Part shown: positions 47,501 to 56,289 of the stretch, piece by piece | Numbering within the stretch: position 1 is the stretch's first letter | Layout: each line of letters opens with the position of its first letter | Origin: an uncultured delta proteobacterium | Lineage (GTDB): Bacteria; Bdellovibrionota; FAC87; UBA2466 | DNA length: 64,000 nucleotides | NCBI GenBank assembly: GCA_963778115.1 | Contig: CAVZSV010000006.1 | Location: forward strand, 1 to 64,000 | Direction: 5' to 3' | Position numbers and translations under genes: made by a program | The notes under the pieces: model-generated | What the model saw: only the letters and a program-made list of their open reading frames with translations | The model's database searches: none | Told to the model about the DNA's origin: nothing

Positions 47501-49060
47501 TTTGGGTTCGAAGATATTGGGCTTTCTTCCCAGAATAACCGACATGTCGGTAACCAGTTTTTCTCTCAAGTAATCGAGAGGTGGATTAGTCACCTGGGCG
47601 AAGCGCTGATAAAAGAAATCAAATAGCGATCGGCTTTCTTGAGACAGTACGGCGAGACGTGCCGTGTCCCCCATGGAGCCAATTCCCTCTTTTCCTTCTT
47701 TCACCATGGGAGCAATGACTCTTCGAATATCCTCTTCGGTGTAATTGAAAAGGGTAACGTGATCGAGCTGGGCGATGTGAGACTCAGGAGCAGAAAGACG
47801 TTCTAATTTAGACAGTCTAGGATCGAAACTCGCGTCCAAATTTTCGCGTACCTGGCTTGCGTCCTTAAAATGGACCATGCCGGTCTTGAGATTGATATTT
47901 ACTGAAGCACTTCCGGAAAGAGAACCTTTCGCCAAAATCTCCGACTCATCCAGATCGAAAGAGCCAGCTTCCGACGAAAGGAAAAAATGTTTTTGCGTGC
48001 GGGCCCAGCGGCAGGGACGAAAGCCGCTGCGATCTAACCTCGCCCCTACGGTTCGTGCATCGGAGTAAGTAAAAAGCGCTGGGCCATCCCAAGGCTCCAT
48101 GGCACGACTCCAGAATTTATAAAACGAGTGCCGGCTGTTCGCATGGGGCATTAATATAGCCAAAATATCTTCTAGGTGAGGGATGCTGCTACGAACCGAG
48201 AGCGCTTCGATCATTTCGTTAACGCTTCCGGAATCACTAATGCCCCGGTGGGTGAGAAGTTCGTCTTCCCTAAGACCGAGTGCCCGTTCGCGCGCCGTGG
48301 CCCAGAACCTATTCCCCGAAATGGTATTGATTTCCCCATTGTGTGCGACCACCCGAAAGGGTTGAGCAGTGTCCCAAGCGGTTGCGGTGTTGGTGCTAAA
48401 TCGTCGGTGAAAGACGACAAACCGGGTGACGTACGCAGGATCTTTGAGATCCGGAAAAAATTCGGAAAGACTATGGGCCGTGGTCAGAGCTTTATAGACG
48501 ATAGTTCCAGCGGAAAGCGAAGTGAAGAAGAACTGCTTTTGGATGCCTGCTTCTCTTAGCTTGATTCGCGTCAATTGCTTGGCCGCATAAAGCATTTTCT
48601 CAAAGGTATACCGAGTGCTGCAGTGATCAGGCCTTTGGATAAAGGCCATCAAAAAATCGGGTCTGCGATCGTCCTCTTGAGACAGCCCTTTGGCCAGACT
48701 TTTTGCGGCAGCAGCTCCGGTGGAAAAGATTTCGGGTCGTATGGGAACGTCACGATAGCCTGTGATCTCAAGTCCCGTGTGTTGGAATGTCTTTTCGAAA
48801 ATATTTAGCGACCTCACTCTTTGAGTCGGATCGCGAGGCAAGAAAAGATTGGCGACCGCATTACCAGGAGCAATCCCCAGTAGATCATGAGGGATATCGG
48901 TTAAAATTCCGGCTCCGTCACTTACGATCTGATCGAGGCCCGTGCCTCCGCGATGTTCCAATTGGCAAAGGGCTCTAAGACCCAGGGTCAAATTCTCGTG
49001 TGATCGTTCGTCTTTAAGGCTAGCGACAAAGCCTACTCCGCAAGATGAAAACTCAGACAT
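44531..49060 (-). CDS. gltB: Glutamate synthase large subunit
   Basis: N-terminal CGVGF, FHRRFSTNT, HNGEINT, EPWDGPA, FAQVTNPP, GMSFGAIS, QGAKPGEGGQL, [3Fe-4S] motif GCIMARVC...CPTG, GXGXG domain. Confidence 0.97.
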   Translation of the reverse strand: MSEFSSCGVGFVASLKDERSHENLTLGLRALCQLEHRGGTGLDQIVSDGAGILTDIPHDLLGIAPGNAVANLFLPRDPTQRVRSLNIFEKTFQHTGLEITGYRDVPIRPEIFSTGAAAAKSLAKGLSQEDDRRPDFLMAFIQRPDHCSTRYTFEKMLYAAKQLTRIKLREAGIQKQFFFTSLSAGTIVYKALTTAHSLSEFFPDLKDPAYVTRFVVFHRRFSTNTATAWDTAQPFRVVAHNGEINTISGNRFWATARERALGLREDELLTHRGISDSGSVNEMIEALSVRSSIPHLEDILAILMPHANSRHSFYKFWSRAMEPWDGPALFTYSDARTVGARLDRSGFRPCRWARTQKHFFLSSEAGSFDLDESEILAKGSLSGSASVNINLKTGMVHFKDASQVRENLDASFDPRLSKLERLSAPESHIAQLDHVTLFNYTEEDIRRVIAPMVKEGKEGIGSMGDTARLAVLSQESRSLFDFFYQRFAQVTNPPLDYLREKLVTDMSVILGRKPNIFEPKELLPLKVGIDLPGPVLTLGQLDFLGKLDRRNGFEGPWPDSITLDTTFVRNLGMDGFRDKIDQVRKQALEAVSNRISLIILSDRNASQQTPALPALLAMSTIVQALHKAGGCLRASIIVDSAEIRNVHQLAVLMGFGAAAVCPRLLIDLARSHPQAWLGQIASAGESSTAHERELRVVEAMEAGLLKVMSKMGVSVLQSYQGAELFTILGLHEEVHREFFPRHQSVVGGLTLEQLVSDLLANTSSEPLTQTRSSSGLLHNYLYKEHQKEFGEKHSMTLGKSRKIHQVLADDLGPEGSKNRQTKYVELTGEDQETPISFRHLLRPKKWGESVPLSEVMPEKAILSRFGSGGMSFGAISRDAQKDIFLAMRELGGRSNSGEGGENPYYFSDHISAQTKQIASGRFGVTAEYLITGEEIQIKIGQGAKPGEGGQLMAAKVNADIAKARHADPNVNLISPPPMHDIYSIEDLKQLIFELRQLKPNARISVKLVSGENIGTIAVGVAKAGADTIHIAGHDGGTGAATLSSMKHAGLPWEIGLWDTHLALSEQNLRHYVTLRVDGGLSTALDVIRAAILGAEEFDFGKLLLVAEGCIMARVCEKNTCPTGIATHDPRYTKLYKGSKDKIKRLLTLIAVEVRNQLSQLGVGSLDQLVGRSDLLEIDPLHEPLVNEKGLSLLAFFSPSRPLKAKRQNPYVEGTSTYNQSLLRSVSSVDSGFCLEFPIRPTHRAALATLNGAVAGIRAKYRTQGKRDSGDLWEKRIPTGKLIFRGSAGQGFAAFLQEGMNVRLIGEANDSVAKSMSGGTLVVIPPEVARYPAQNNTIIGNVALYGATGGLVYVNGVAGNRFAVRNSGAIAVVEGVGLHAAEYMTRGTVVILGEAGQNIGAGMTGGELYLLKEYAVHANTDYIQAHDLDEPDSVKIRALLEDYRNETNSHSAKYFLENWEYRSRELVKYLPHKHAAKRVVAETAVVASETTSETTSETTSETAFEMVPSP
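44559..44604. repeat. In-frame 12-bp tandem repeat (GTTTCGGATGTT x3.8) in the gltB 3' end
   Basis: Perfect copies at 44559, 44571 and 44583, partial copy at 44595; encodes SETT repeats. Confidence 0.92.
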
Positions 49061-49273
49061 GAGGCGTCAGGTCCCTTTCCAAGAAAGTTATTAGGAAGCG
49101 CAAAATTACTTTAGACTCTGGTCGAAATCCCGGCATCCAAAACCGGCCCCATTATCATGAGTTTGGCTACCCTCTTTCAAGTCCAAAAATCTTTCCGAAG
49201 AGTCCCATCTAGCATTGCTGAGCCAAGGTGTGCTATTAATTCGGGCACCCAAGCTAATTTAGGAGGATTCACC

Positions 49274-50035
49274 GTGCGTCAGTACGTATTGTGTTTAATT
49301 TTCGCGCATTTCGCCTGTTCTATCCTTACCGGAGCGGAAGTCCGTGCGATGAGGGGCCATTTTACCGGGGTGGCGGCCCTTGGGCTTGTGGATCGCAACG
49401 TAGTGTGGTCTTGGTTACCCGCCGAAGTTCGCGATCGGGTGACACTAGACTTCACGGATCGCACGGGGCAGCTCCATCCCGTAGCCATTCTGGCGGGGAG
49501 CCAAAAAGGGGTACAGGTGCAACGCGGGTTTCGAGGCCGGTTTGTCTCTTTGCCCGCTTTACAAAGCTATCAAGAGGCTTTTGTTCTGATCCCTTATCTG
49601 AAGGAAAAAGGGCTCGCGAATGCTCCCGACGTTTACACCTTCAGCCGCATCTATGTTAATAATGAAACTATCGTTAATTTAGGCCGAAGAGAGAACGATT
49701 CTCCGAAGGTTTTCGCACGCATTTCGAATGAGCGCGATCTTTTCAGCGCTATTTCCGGACAAGGTAAGGAAGTCAGTGTTTCGACCTCCCATGAGGACGG
49801 TAGCATGGACGCCGCAGTGGCCAAGTTCGTAAAAGGGATTTTCGCTCAAACTAAATTGGAGATGGTCGGGGGGCAGGCTCACCATTATGATTTTAATTTC
49901 TTCAAAAGCGTGGACCACTTCGAAGGCTCCGAAGTTTCAGCCACGATCGAAGGGCATGAGCTACTTCCCATTGCCGATAACCAAGTCCTGGGATTTCGCT
50001 TTAGTGTCGAGTGGGCGAAGAATCCTCTGAATTAG
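49274..50035 (+). CDS. Exported acetoacetate-decarboxylase-like superfamily protein
   Basis: AGGAGG then GTG 49274; signal peptide; Y.EAFVLIPY and RIYVNN....LGR...SPK.FA resemble the ADC-family YxE and GRE..G.PK motifs. Confidence 0.6.
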   Translation: MRQYVLCLIFAHFACSILTGAEVRAMRGHFTGVAALGLVDRNVVWSWLPAEVRDRVTLDFTDRTGQLHPVAILAGSQKGVQVQRGFRGRFVSLPALQSYQEAFVLIPYLKEKGLANAPDVYTFSRIYVNNETIVNLGRRENDSPKVFARISNERDLFSAISGQGKEVSVSTSHEDGSMDAAVAKFVKGIFAQTKLEMVGGQAHHYDFNFFKSVDHFEGSEVSATIEGHELLPIADNQVLGFRFSVEWAKNPLN

Positions 50036-50041
50036 GTTAGC

Positions 50042-50503
50042 CTAACGTTCGATATCGGCCAGAAGATTGGTGACTTTTTGTGAAACTCCGGGGACTTGAA
50101 TGTCTTCGATCGCTTCGTCCGGAATGATATCGCCCGACTGAAGCCCCAGTTCGCTCAGTGGACTTTGGGAAGTGAGAAATTTAATCTCCCATCCTTCGCT
50201 GCGGCGAATCGAGTAGGCACTCTCTCTGACTTGCGAGATTTGTAATTCTAATTTCGTCAGTAACGCCTCGGGAAATCTTAGCTTCATGGCCCTGCCTTTG
50301 GGGACCGGGGGAGCCACGGCGAGGGTCTCGGCCGCTCTTGGTTGAGGTGCCGGCACGGTAATGATCTCCAAGGATGCCGATTGCGGCTGCCGGGCCTGGG
50401 CTTTGGGCGATTCGGCGGGGGGCGGGGTTGGTTTAAGCAGCAAAATGGTGATGAGCCAACCTACGAAGATACCTATAAGAAGGACCAAAAGATTACGGCG
50501 CAT
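50042..50503 (-). CDS. Membrane-anchored protein with Pro-rich linker and GspC-like partial PDZ segment
   Basis: N-terminal TM; GWEIKFL...SPLSELGLQSGDII. Confidence 0.6.
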   Translation of the reverse strand: MRRNLLVLLIGIFVGWLITILLLKPTPPPAESPKAQARQPQSASLEIITVPAPQPRAAETLAVAPPVPKGRAMKLRFPEALLTKLELQISQVRESAYSIRRSEGWEIKFLTSQSPLSELGLQSGDIIPDEAIEDIQVPGVSQKVTNLLADIER

Positions 50504-50601
50504 GGGTTTATATTAGCACGGTGTCACTCTCCTAGCGGGCCCTTTTGGAACGGGTCATGTTTGAAGTTTCGACATGACCCGTACCTTTTGGGCCCGATAG
50601 G

Positions 50602-52090
50602 CTAAGGATCATACATATCTTTTCTTGCCTTTCTCTGTGAAATTTGATCAATCATTTAGATGAGTAATACTCTTGAACCTAAGTTTTTTTCGTCCATGTC
50701 GAATGAGTTCGCTGGGGCTAATTTTGGCGATCTGCGACTCACCCGGAGGTTAATGGACATGTCTGACGGTATCGCCCAAGATCCTAAAGAGACCTTACCC
50801 AAGCTTTTAGGAGAAGGAGCTGGAATTGAGGGAGGTTACCGTTTTCTGCGTAATCCCCGTGTGAATTTGGAGTCGATTTTAGCATCCCATTTTGAGCAGA
50901 CGGTTTTGCGAGCGAAACTGGAAAAGGAAGTTCTGGTTCTCCACGATACGACTGAGTTCAAATTTCCTTCCAAACGTAAGGGGCTAGGTTTGCTCAGTGG
51001 TAGTCGCTCCGCGGGAGACGGTTTCTACGGGCATTTTTCCTTAGTTGTGGGATCTTGTTTGCATCGACCTCTTGGGGTTGTGGCGGTTGAGCCAATGATT
51101 AAGCTGAAGAAGAAAGGCTATCAAAGCCCGTCCAAAGCCGTCAAACGCGACAAGATCCGACGAGAAAGTCTCTGCGTTGGATGCGAGGAATTGTGGCCAG
51201 CGAATCGAGATTGGGCTTCGCAGCGAAACCTATTCACGTGATGGACCGTGAGGCAGATTTCTTCGAGTTACTTTCTGAACTAAAAGATTCATCTGGTCGC
51301 TGCGTGATTCGAGTCTGCCGAGATCGTTTGGTTACAGACGAAAACCTAGAAGAAGGAGTGAGCCTTTACAGCTCACTCGAGAGCGCTCCGGTAAAGCTTC
51401 AACGAGAAGTCCGAGTTGGAACAAGAGCACAAAGTCCCTTACCTCAAAACAGAAAAGACTACCCCGCTCGTCAGCAACGAACCGCCATGTTATCGGCGAC
51501 AGCGGCAAGGGTGGAGCTAATACGAGGTCACCATCATGGAGCAAGATTAAATAAGACTGTGACACTCAACGTTGTCCACGTCTTTGAGTCCAATCCGCCG
51601 GAGGGAACAGAGCCGATTGATTGGAAATTACTCACTACCGAGTCTACCAATACGCCCGCGGATATCGAAAAGGTGATCGATATCTATCGAGCCAGATGGC
51701 TTATCGAAGAATATTTTAAGGCGATCAAAACTGGATGTGCCTTTGAAGAACGGCAACTCGAATCGAAAGATACCATTTTCAATGCCTTGGCGATCTTTAT
51801 CCCAATCGCCTGGCGAATGCTGCTCTTGCGAGCGGAAGCCAGGCAACGGCCACTCACTCCGGCGACAGTAGTGTTAACCCCGACTCAAATATCGGTTCTC
51901 CGAGCGGTCTCAAAAACTCCCATCCCAGAAAATCCTACGGTCGCAGAAGCAATTTCAGCCGTTGCGAGGCTCGGCGGCCACCTTAAGCAGAATGGCCCGC
52001 CAGGTTGGAAAATACTAGGAAAGGGCCTCACAGAACTATTGACTCTAGAAAAAGGGTGGCTCGCTAAAGAAAGATGTGATCAATGATTAG
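50602..52090 (+). mobile_element. IS4-family (IS50/Tn5-like) insertion sequence, 1489 bp
   Basis: 19-bp ends CTAAGGATCATACATATCT and (reverse complement) CTAATCATTGATCACATCT; 9-bp direct repeat CCCGATAGG at 50593-50601 and 52091-52099. Confidence 0.93.
50660..52086 (+). pseudogene. Tn5-like DDE transposase split by a frameshift near 51103-51180
   Basis: ORF1 has FGDLRL.RRL, YRFLRN and HDTTE. ORF2 has VMDREAD, WKLLT, YRARWLIEEYFKAIK (YREK) and ARLGG...PG. ORF2 is in the -1 frame. Confidence 0.9.
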
Positions 52091-52110
52091 CCCGATAGGA
52101 GAGTGACACC

Positions 52111-53676
52111 CTAATGTGCATCTACCAGGGGCTTGCCACGAATATCTTTCGGCTTAATCAAATAGAGCGGAATTAAACTCAGAGCCACGATTCCAAAAAT
52201 TACCCACACCAGCTGTTCAAAGCTCATGACAAACACTTGGGCCGCTACCCTTCCGTAGATGCTCTTTAATGAGATTGTTTGCGGATCCCAAAGGCCTATT
52301 GCCGAGCTAAGGCCTGAAAGGGGGATGGCGGCTCCCCTCATAAAGTCGTGAAAGGCTTCGGGACTAAGGGCACTTACCTTTCCTAAAAGGTCGTTGTAGT
52401 TTTGAGCGCTAAATCTAGTAAGCAAAGTATCCAATGAGGCTATCCCGATACTGCCGCCCATCTGCCGAAAGAAATTTTGCATGCCGGCGACTTGCGCCAG
52501 CTCCTCTCCTCGGAAGGACCCTAGCACCATCTGATTGATAGGAATAAAGAGGAACGCCATCGCAGCTCCTCGAAGAACGAGAGGGACCAGAATGTCATGG
52601 CCACCAGTAAAAGTGGTGAAGTGGCTCATGGAGATGAGAGAAAATTCGCCGAGCGCAAGGCCTACAAGGACCAATACCTTAGGACTTATTTTGGCAAGTG
52701 ACCACCCAACTGGAAGCATCAAGATAGCGGTTACGATGGAACCGGGCATAAAGAGCTCACCCGTAATGGTGGCCGACATTTGCGGAATGACCCGCGATAC
52801 AAAGACGGGAATGGCAAAGGTGAGCGAATACAGCATGACTCCCAAAGCCAACATTAAAAGAGTGCCCGAGCGGACGACGTTATTTTTGAAGAGGCGTAAA
52901 TTCATGATGGGGTTGGGAATGGTGAGCTCCCAATAGATAAAAGAACTGATACCCAAGATAGCTAGCACAGCACAGGTTTTAATCGCTTTAGAATCCCACC
53001 AACCTTCGGCCTCTCCGCGCTCCAAGACGAATTGGAAACAGCCGACACCAATACAAAGTAGCATGAGTCCCACCCAGTCGATCCCGTGGGAATCTTGATG
53101 TGGGCGAAGCTTCTTGTTGTCGAAGTCCTCCACGTTGAGCCAAGAAAGGGTTGCGGCGAATAGCCCCAGCGGAACGTTCACGTTGAAGATGGATCTCCAA
53201 CCAAAATTGTCCGTGAGATATCCCCCTATGGTCGGGCCTAAAGCGGGGCCTACCATGACACTTAACCCAAAAATCGCCATCGCCATTCCGGCCTTTTCTG
53301 GCGGAAATTGTTCTTGGATCAAAGTCTGCGAGGTCGGTAAAAGGGCCCCTCCGGCCAGTCCTTGCAGAATGCGGAAAAAAACGAGCGTCGGTAGATTCGG
53401 CGCCATGCCACAGGCAAAGGAGGACGCCGTGAAAAGGAGAATGGCGGAAGTAAAATATCTCTTTCTGCCGAGACGCGATCCCAGCCAGGCCGCAATCGGC
53501 AGTACGATCGAATTGGCGATCATATAGCCCGTGGTCACCCAGCTGATTTCGTCCAAGGTGGCCCCGATATTTCCCATCATCGTGGGAATGGCCACATTTA
53601 CGATCGAGGAGTCGATGATCTCGAGTAATGATGCAATAGCGGCGGTGAGGACAATGGCGATGACTCGCGCATTCAT
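52111..53676 (-). CDS. DHA2 (EmrB/QacA) MFS efflux permease
   Basis: DSSIVNVAIP, WV.TGY, RILQGLAGG, GPALGPTIGG.L, WRSIFNVNVP; about 14 TMs. Confidence 0.95.
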   Translation of the reverse strand: MNARVIAIVLTAAIASLLEIIDSSIVNVAIPTMMGNIGATLDEISWVTTGYMIANSIVLPIAAWLGSRLGRKRYFTSAILLFTASSFACGMAPNLPTLVFFRILQGLAGGALLPTSQTLIQEQFPPEKAGMAMAIFGLSVMVGPALGPTIGGYLTDNFGWRSIFNVNVPLGLFAATLSWLNVEDFDNKKLRPHQDSHGIDWVGLMLLCIGVGCFQFVLERGEAEGWWDSKAIKTCAVLAILGISSFIYWELTIPNPIMNLRLFKNNVVRSGTLLMLALGVMLYSLTFAIPVFVSRVIPQMSATITGELFMPGSIVTAILMLPVGWSLAKISPKVLVLVGLALGEFSLISMSHFTTFTGGHDILVPLVLRGAAMAFLFIPINQMVLGSFRGEELAQVAGMQNFFRQMGGSIGIASLDTLLTRFSAQNYNDLLGKVSALSPEAFHDFMRGAAIPLSGLSSAIGLWDPQTISLKSIYGRVAAQVFVMSFEQLVWVIFGIVALSLIPLYLIKPKDIRGKPLVDAH

Positions 53677-53694
53677 ACAGGCCTCTCTCGATTC

Positions 53695-54690
53695 TTACCG
53701 AATCTTGACCTTAACTTCGGCCGAAAGGCCAGCTTGGAGCCGGTCCGAATCGCTTTCCGAAAGGTTTAAAAGCTTGATGCGCACCGGAACTCGTTGAACG
53801 ACTTTCGTAAAGTTTCCCGTCGCATTATCTGGGGGAAGCAGACTAAATGTCGCACCTGTACTGGGGCTAATGCTTTCGACGACTCCTTCAAATTCCCGGC
53901 CAGGGATGGCATCTACTTCAACCTTAGCGGTCTTTCCTTCAGCGACATTTTCCATGTCGGTTTCTTTTAAGTTTGCTACCACCCACCGTTCGTTAGTTCC
54001 CACAAATCCCATAAGCGGTTGTCCCGAGGATGCCAGCATTCCCACTTCAAAAGATTTTCGTCCCACCTTACCGTCCGAAGGGGCCTTAATCTGGGTGTAA
54101 TCAAGATTTAATTTCGCTTGGGCGACTTGGGCTTGAGCGGACTTTAGTTTCGCTTGGAGCGAATTGAGTTGAGTCGTAACGGTGTCGAGCCTTTCTTGGG
54201 TCGAAGCCCCCTTTTGGAAAAGTCTCAAAGTCCTATCATAATTGGTCTGAGCCCCTTTTTCCTGAGCTTCTAACGCCTGCATCTCCGATTCTTGCTGGTC
54301 TAAATTGTTTTGGTAGTCGTCGGGTTTAATTTCAACTAAGAGCTGGCCCGCTTTTACTTTTTGGTTTTCCTGAATATCGGCGCGGATGATAATACCCGAG
54401 ACTTTCGATGAAAGTAGGGTCGTGGGGGCCTGCACCATCGCATTGTCGGTGGAGACATAGAAATAGTTCTGATAGAAGAAGTAACTTCCTCCAAGAACCA
54501 ATACCGCGACCACGATAGCTCCTACTTTTTTCTTAGTACCGGAACCCATTCCGGTAGGCTTTTTGGTAGGTGGAGTCTGCGGGGCCTCATGATGTTTTTC
54601 CGACATGTGCGAACTTCCCTTTCCCGTTGCCGGGGTTACATTGGATGGTGATGGTACCGGCATTTCACGTGTACTTTCAAGATTACTCAT
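53695..54690 (-). CDS. EmrA/HlyD-family membrane fusion protein
   Basis: STDNA, KVSG, V.AGQLL, I.APSDG, VVANLKET, FSLLPPDNATGNFTKVVQRVPVRI. Confidence 0.95.
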   Translation of the reverse strand: MSNLESTREMPVPSPSNVTPATGKGSSHMSEKHHEAPQTPPTKKPTGMGSGTKKKVGAIVVAVLVLGGSYFFYQNYFYVSTDNAMVQAPTTLLSSKVSGIIIRADIQENQKVKAGQLLVEIKPDDYQNNLDQQESEMQALEAQEKGAQTNYDRTLRLFQKGASTQERLDTVTTQLNSLQAKLKSAQAQVAQAKLNLDYTQIKAPSDGKVGRKSFEVGMLASSGQPLMGFVGTNERWVVANLKETDMENVAEGKTAKVEVDAIPGREFEGVVESISPSTGATFSLLPPDNATGNFTKVVQRVPVRIKLLNLSESDSDRLQAGLSAEVKVKIR

Positions 54691-56052
54691 TTAAATTTTC
54701 CTCCCCAGTGTCAATTCCAAGTGAATGAGCGCTTCCACCGCATTCACCTGGGCGTTGACCACTCCGGCCCTAGCCCGGAAAAGATCCAATTCGGCGTCCA
54801 GCGTCTCCGAGCTGGTACGGGTTCCCGCCTTTTGTTCTTCTTTGGCGAGGCGAACGGCCTCTTCCGATCTCTGAATGTCGAACTTCTTAGAAAGATAATG
54901 ATCGATGTTGCTAAGGTAGCGACGCTTCCAGTAGGCGAAATCGTAGGGAACTTTAAGTCTTTCAATCTGTGAAGTCTTTTCGGCCTGCACTGCCTGATAG
55001 GCCGCTTCACGCATCTGCGCCAGGGCTACTCCTCCGTCGAAAAGATTCCACTTCAAAAAAGCACCCACGAAGTAAGCACTCTCATAGTTTCCGGTGTTGC
55101 TAATCACGTTATTAAAAACCTGCGAATCATAGAAAGAGTATTCGCCCGCCAAATAGACCGAAGGGACAAGCCATGCTTTGCCAGCGTTTTCTACTTTGCC
55201 GGCCGCTTCAGACTTAAGAGCAAGTGCCCGCAGATCGGAGCGGTCTTGGGGAACTTGCGTGAATACTAGATTGTTTACTTTGTCGGACACCGGGGCGGGC
55301 AGAGTTCCTTCTAAACGCCGAAGATCCGATTCCATGCCTAAGAGCTGCGCCAACTTCTTCCGGCTAATTTCCGCGTTATCTTCGGCGTCGATGGCATCGG
55401 CGTGAGCTTCGTTCAATTGCACTTCAACTCGCAAAGTGTCGTAGTTGGTAGCTACCCCGCCTTGGCGCTGAATCTTGATCTGGCGTAAGTGGTCTTCCAA
55501 CGTTTTAACGTTAAGTGCGGCCACCTGGCGAAGATCTTCCGCTGCCAGGGCTTGATAAAAGGCGAGTCTGACATTTTCGCTGGTTTCAAACTCGGATCGA
55601 GAGAGCGACTGTTCGGCTGCCTCTTCTAAGAGAGAAGCCGCTTGAAGTTGATAAATATTGGCTAGACCGTTAAAGACCGGAATCGTGATATCGAGTGCGG
55701 CTTGAGTATTGGGATAAAAGCCAGGAAAGGCTAAAGTGGCGCCCCCGAAATTAATGCTGGTCTGCGTGTAACGGGTGTCAAAGTAGTGAAGCGCTGACAC
55801 CGAAATTTTGGGAAGAAAGCCAGAGCCAAGAGCTTCGAAATGTTGCCACTGCTTTTCTCCGACGGATGCTTTGGCCCGCTGTACTTCAGGAGAGCGCTCG
55901 AGTGCTTCGCGGATGGCCCCTTCCACCGTTAGGGGCGAGCTTGTTTCAATAGCGTGTACCGGTTGCGAGAAGGCCAAGAAAAGGGCTGCGGCGAATGCTG
56001 CGCCAAGCCATAACCATGGAGATTGCCGGATCTGAAGCGGAAGCTGCTGCAC
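54691..56052 (-). CDS. TolC-family outer-membrane efflux protein
   Basis: Signal peptide; LT...AI.EAL..SP, duplicated OEP halves (P.FNG and WNLFDGG), G..T..E.LDAE. Confidence 0.92.
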   Translation of the reverse strand: MQQLPLQIRQSPWLWLGAAFAAALFLAFSQPVHAIETSSPLTVEGAIREALERSPEVQRAKASVGEKQWQHFEALGSGFLPKISVSALHYFDTRYTQTSINFGGATLAFPGFYPNTQAALDITIPVFNGLANIYQLQAASLLEEAAEQSLSRSEFETSENVRLAFYQALAAEDLRQVAALNVKTLEDHLRQIKIQRQGGVATNYDTLRVEVQLNEAHADAIDAEDNAEISRKKLAQLLGMESDLRRLEGTLPAPVSDKVNNLVFTQVPQDRSDLRALALKSEAAGKVENAGKAWLVPSVYLAGEYSFYDSQVFNNVISNTGNYESAYFVGAFLKWNLFDGGVALAQMREAAYQAVQAEKTSQIERLKVPYDFAYWKRRYLSNIDHYLSKKFDIQRSEEAVRLAKEEQKAGTRTSSETLDAELDLFRARAGVVNAQVNAVEALIHLELTLGRKI

Positions 56053-56133
56053 GACTAAATTCCTCTCTATGAGTCTTAAGTAGCCGGGGGAGTCATTCCC
56101 AGGTCCTACCTTTTAGAGTATCGGACGTTCCAT

Positions 56134-56175
56134 AAAATAAATCAAGTAATTGACCACAAAATAAATGAATAATTT
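56134..56175. promoter_or_regulatory. Candidate TetR operator in the tolC/tetR divergon
   Basis: Direct repeat AAAATAAATCAAGTAATT / AAAATAAATGAATAATT containing dyads TCAA-N4-TTGA and TAAAT-N5-ATTTA. Confidence 0.4.
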
Positions 56176-56289
56176 AATGGTATCAGTGATTTGTGATGTG
56201 TTAATTCATAATTTGTTTAAAGTTTCTACTTGTTTTCTCCGTTTTGGAGTTATGATGGCTGCAGGAACAACTGTCAATCGGGAGCCATT

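Larger units (their letters stand above)
50520..52110. repeat. 93-bp imperfect palindrome (REP/MITE-like or terminator) split by the IS
   Basis: Removing the IS and one target copy restores 41-bp arms (35 paired) around an 11-nt loop: 50520-50601 joined to 52100-52110. Confidence 0.85.

Noticed and set aside
49110..49145. tRNA-like T-arm fragment (GGTCGAAATCCC)
   Set aside because: Lacks TTC and a cloverleaf; no acceptor stem.
51100..51180. Programmed -1 frameshift in the transposase
   Set aside because: No X-XXY-YYZ or A6G slippery site, and IS50-type transposases are single ORFs; mutation or sequencing error is more likely.
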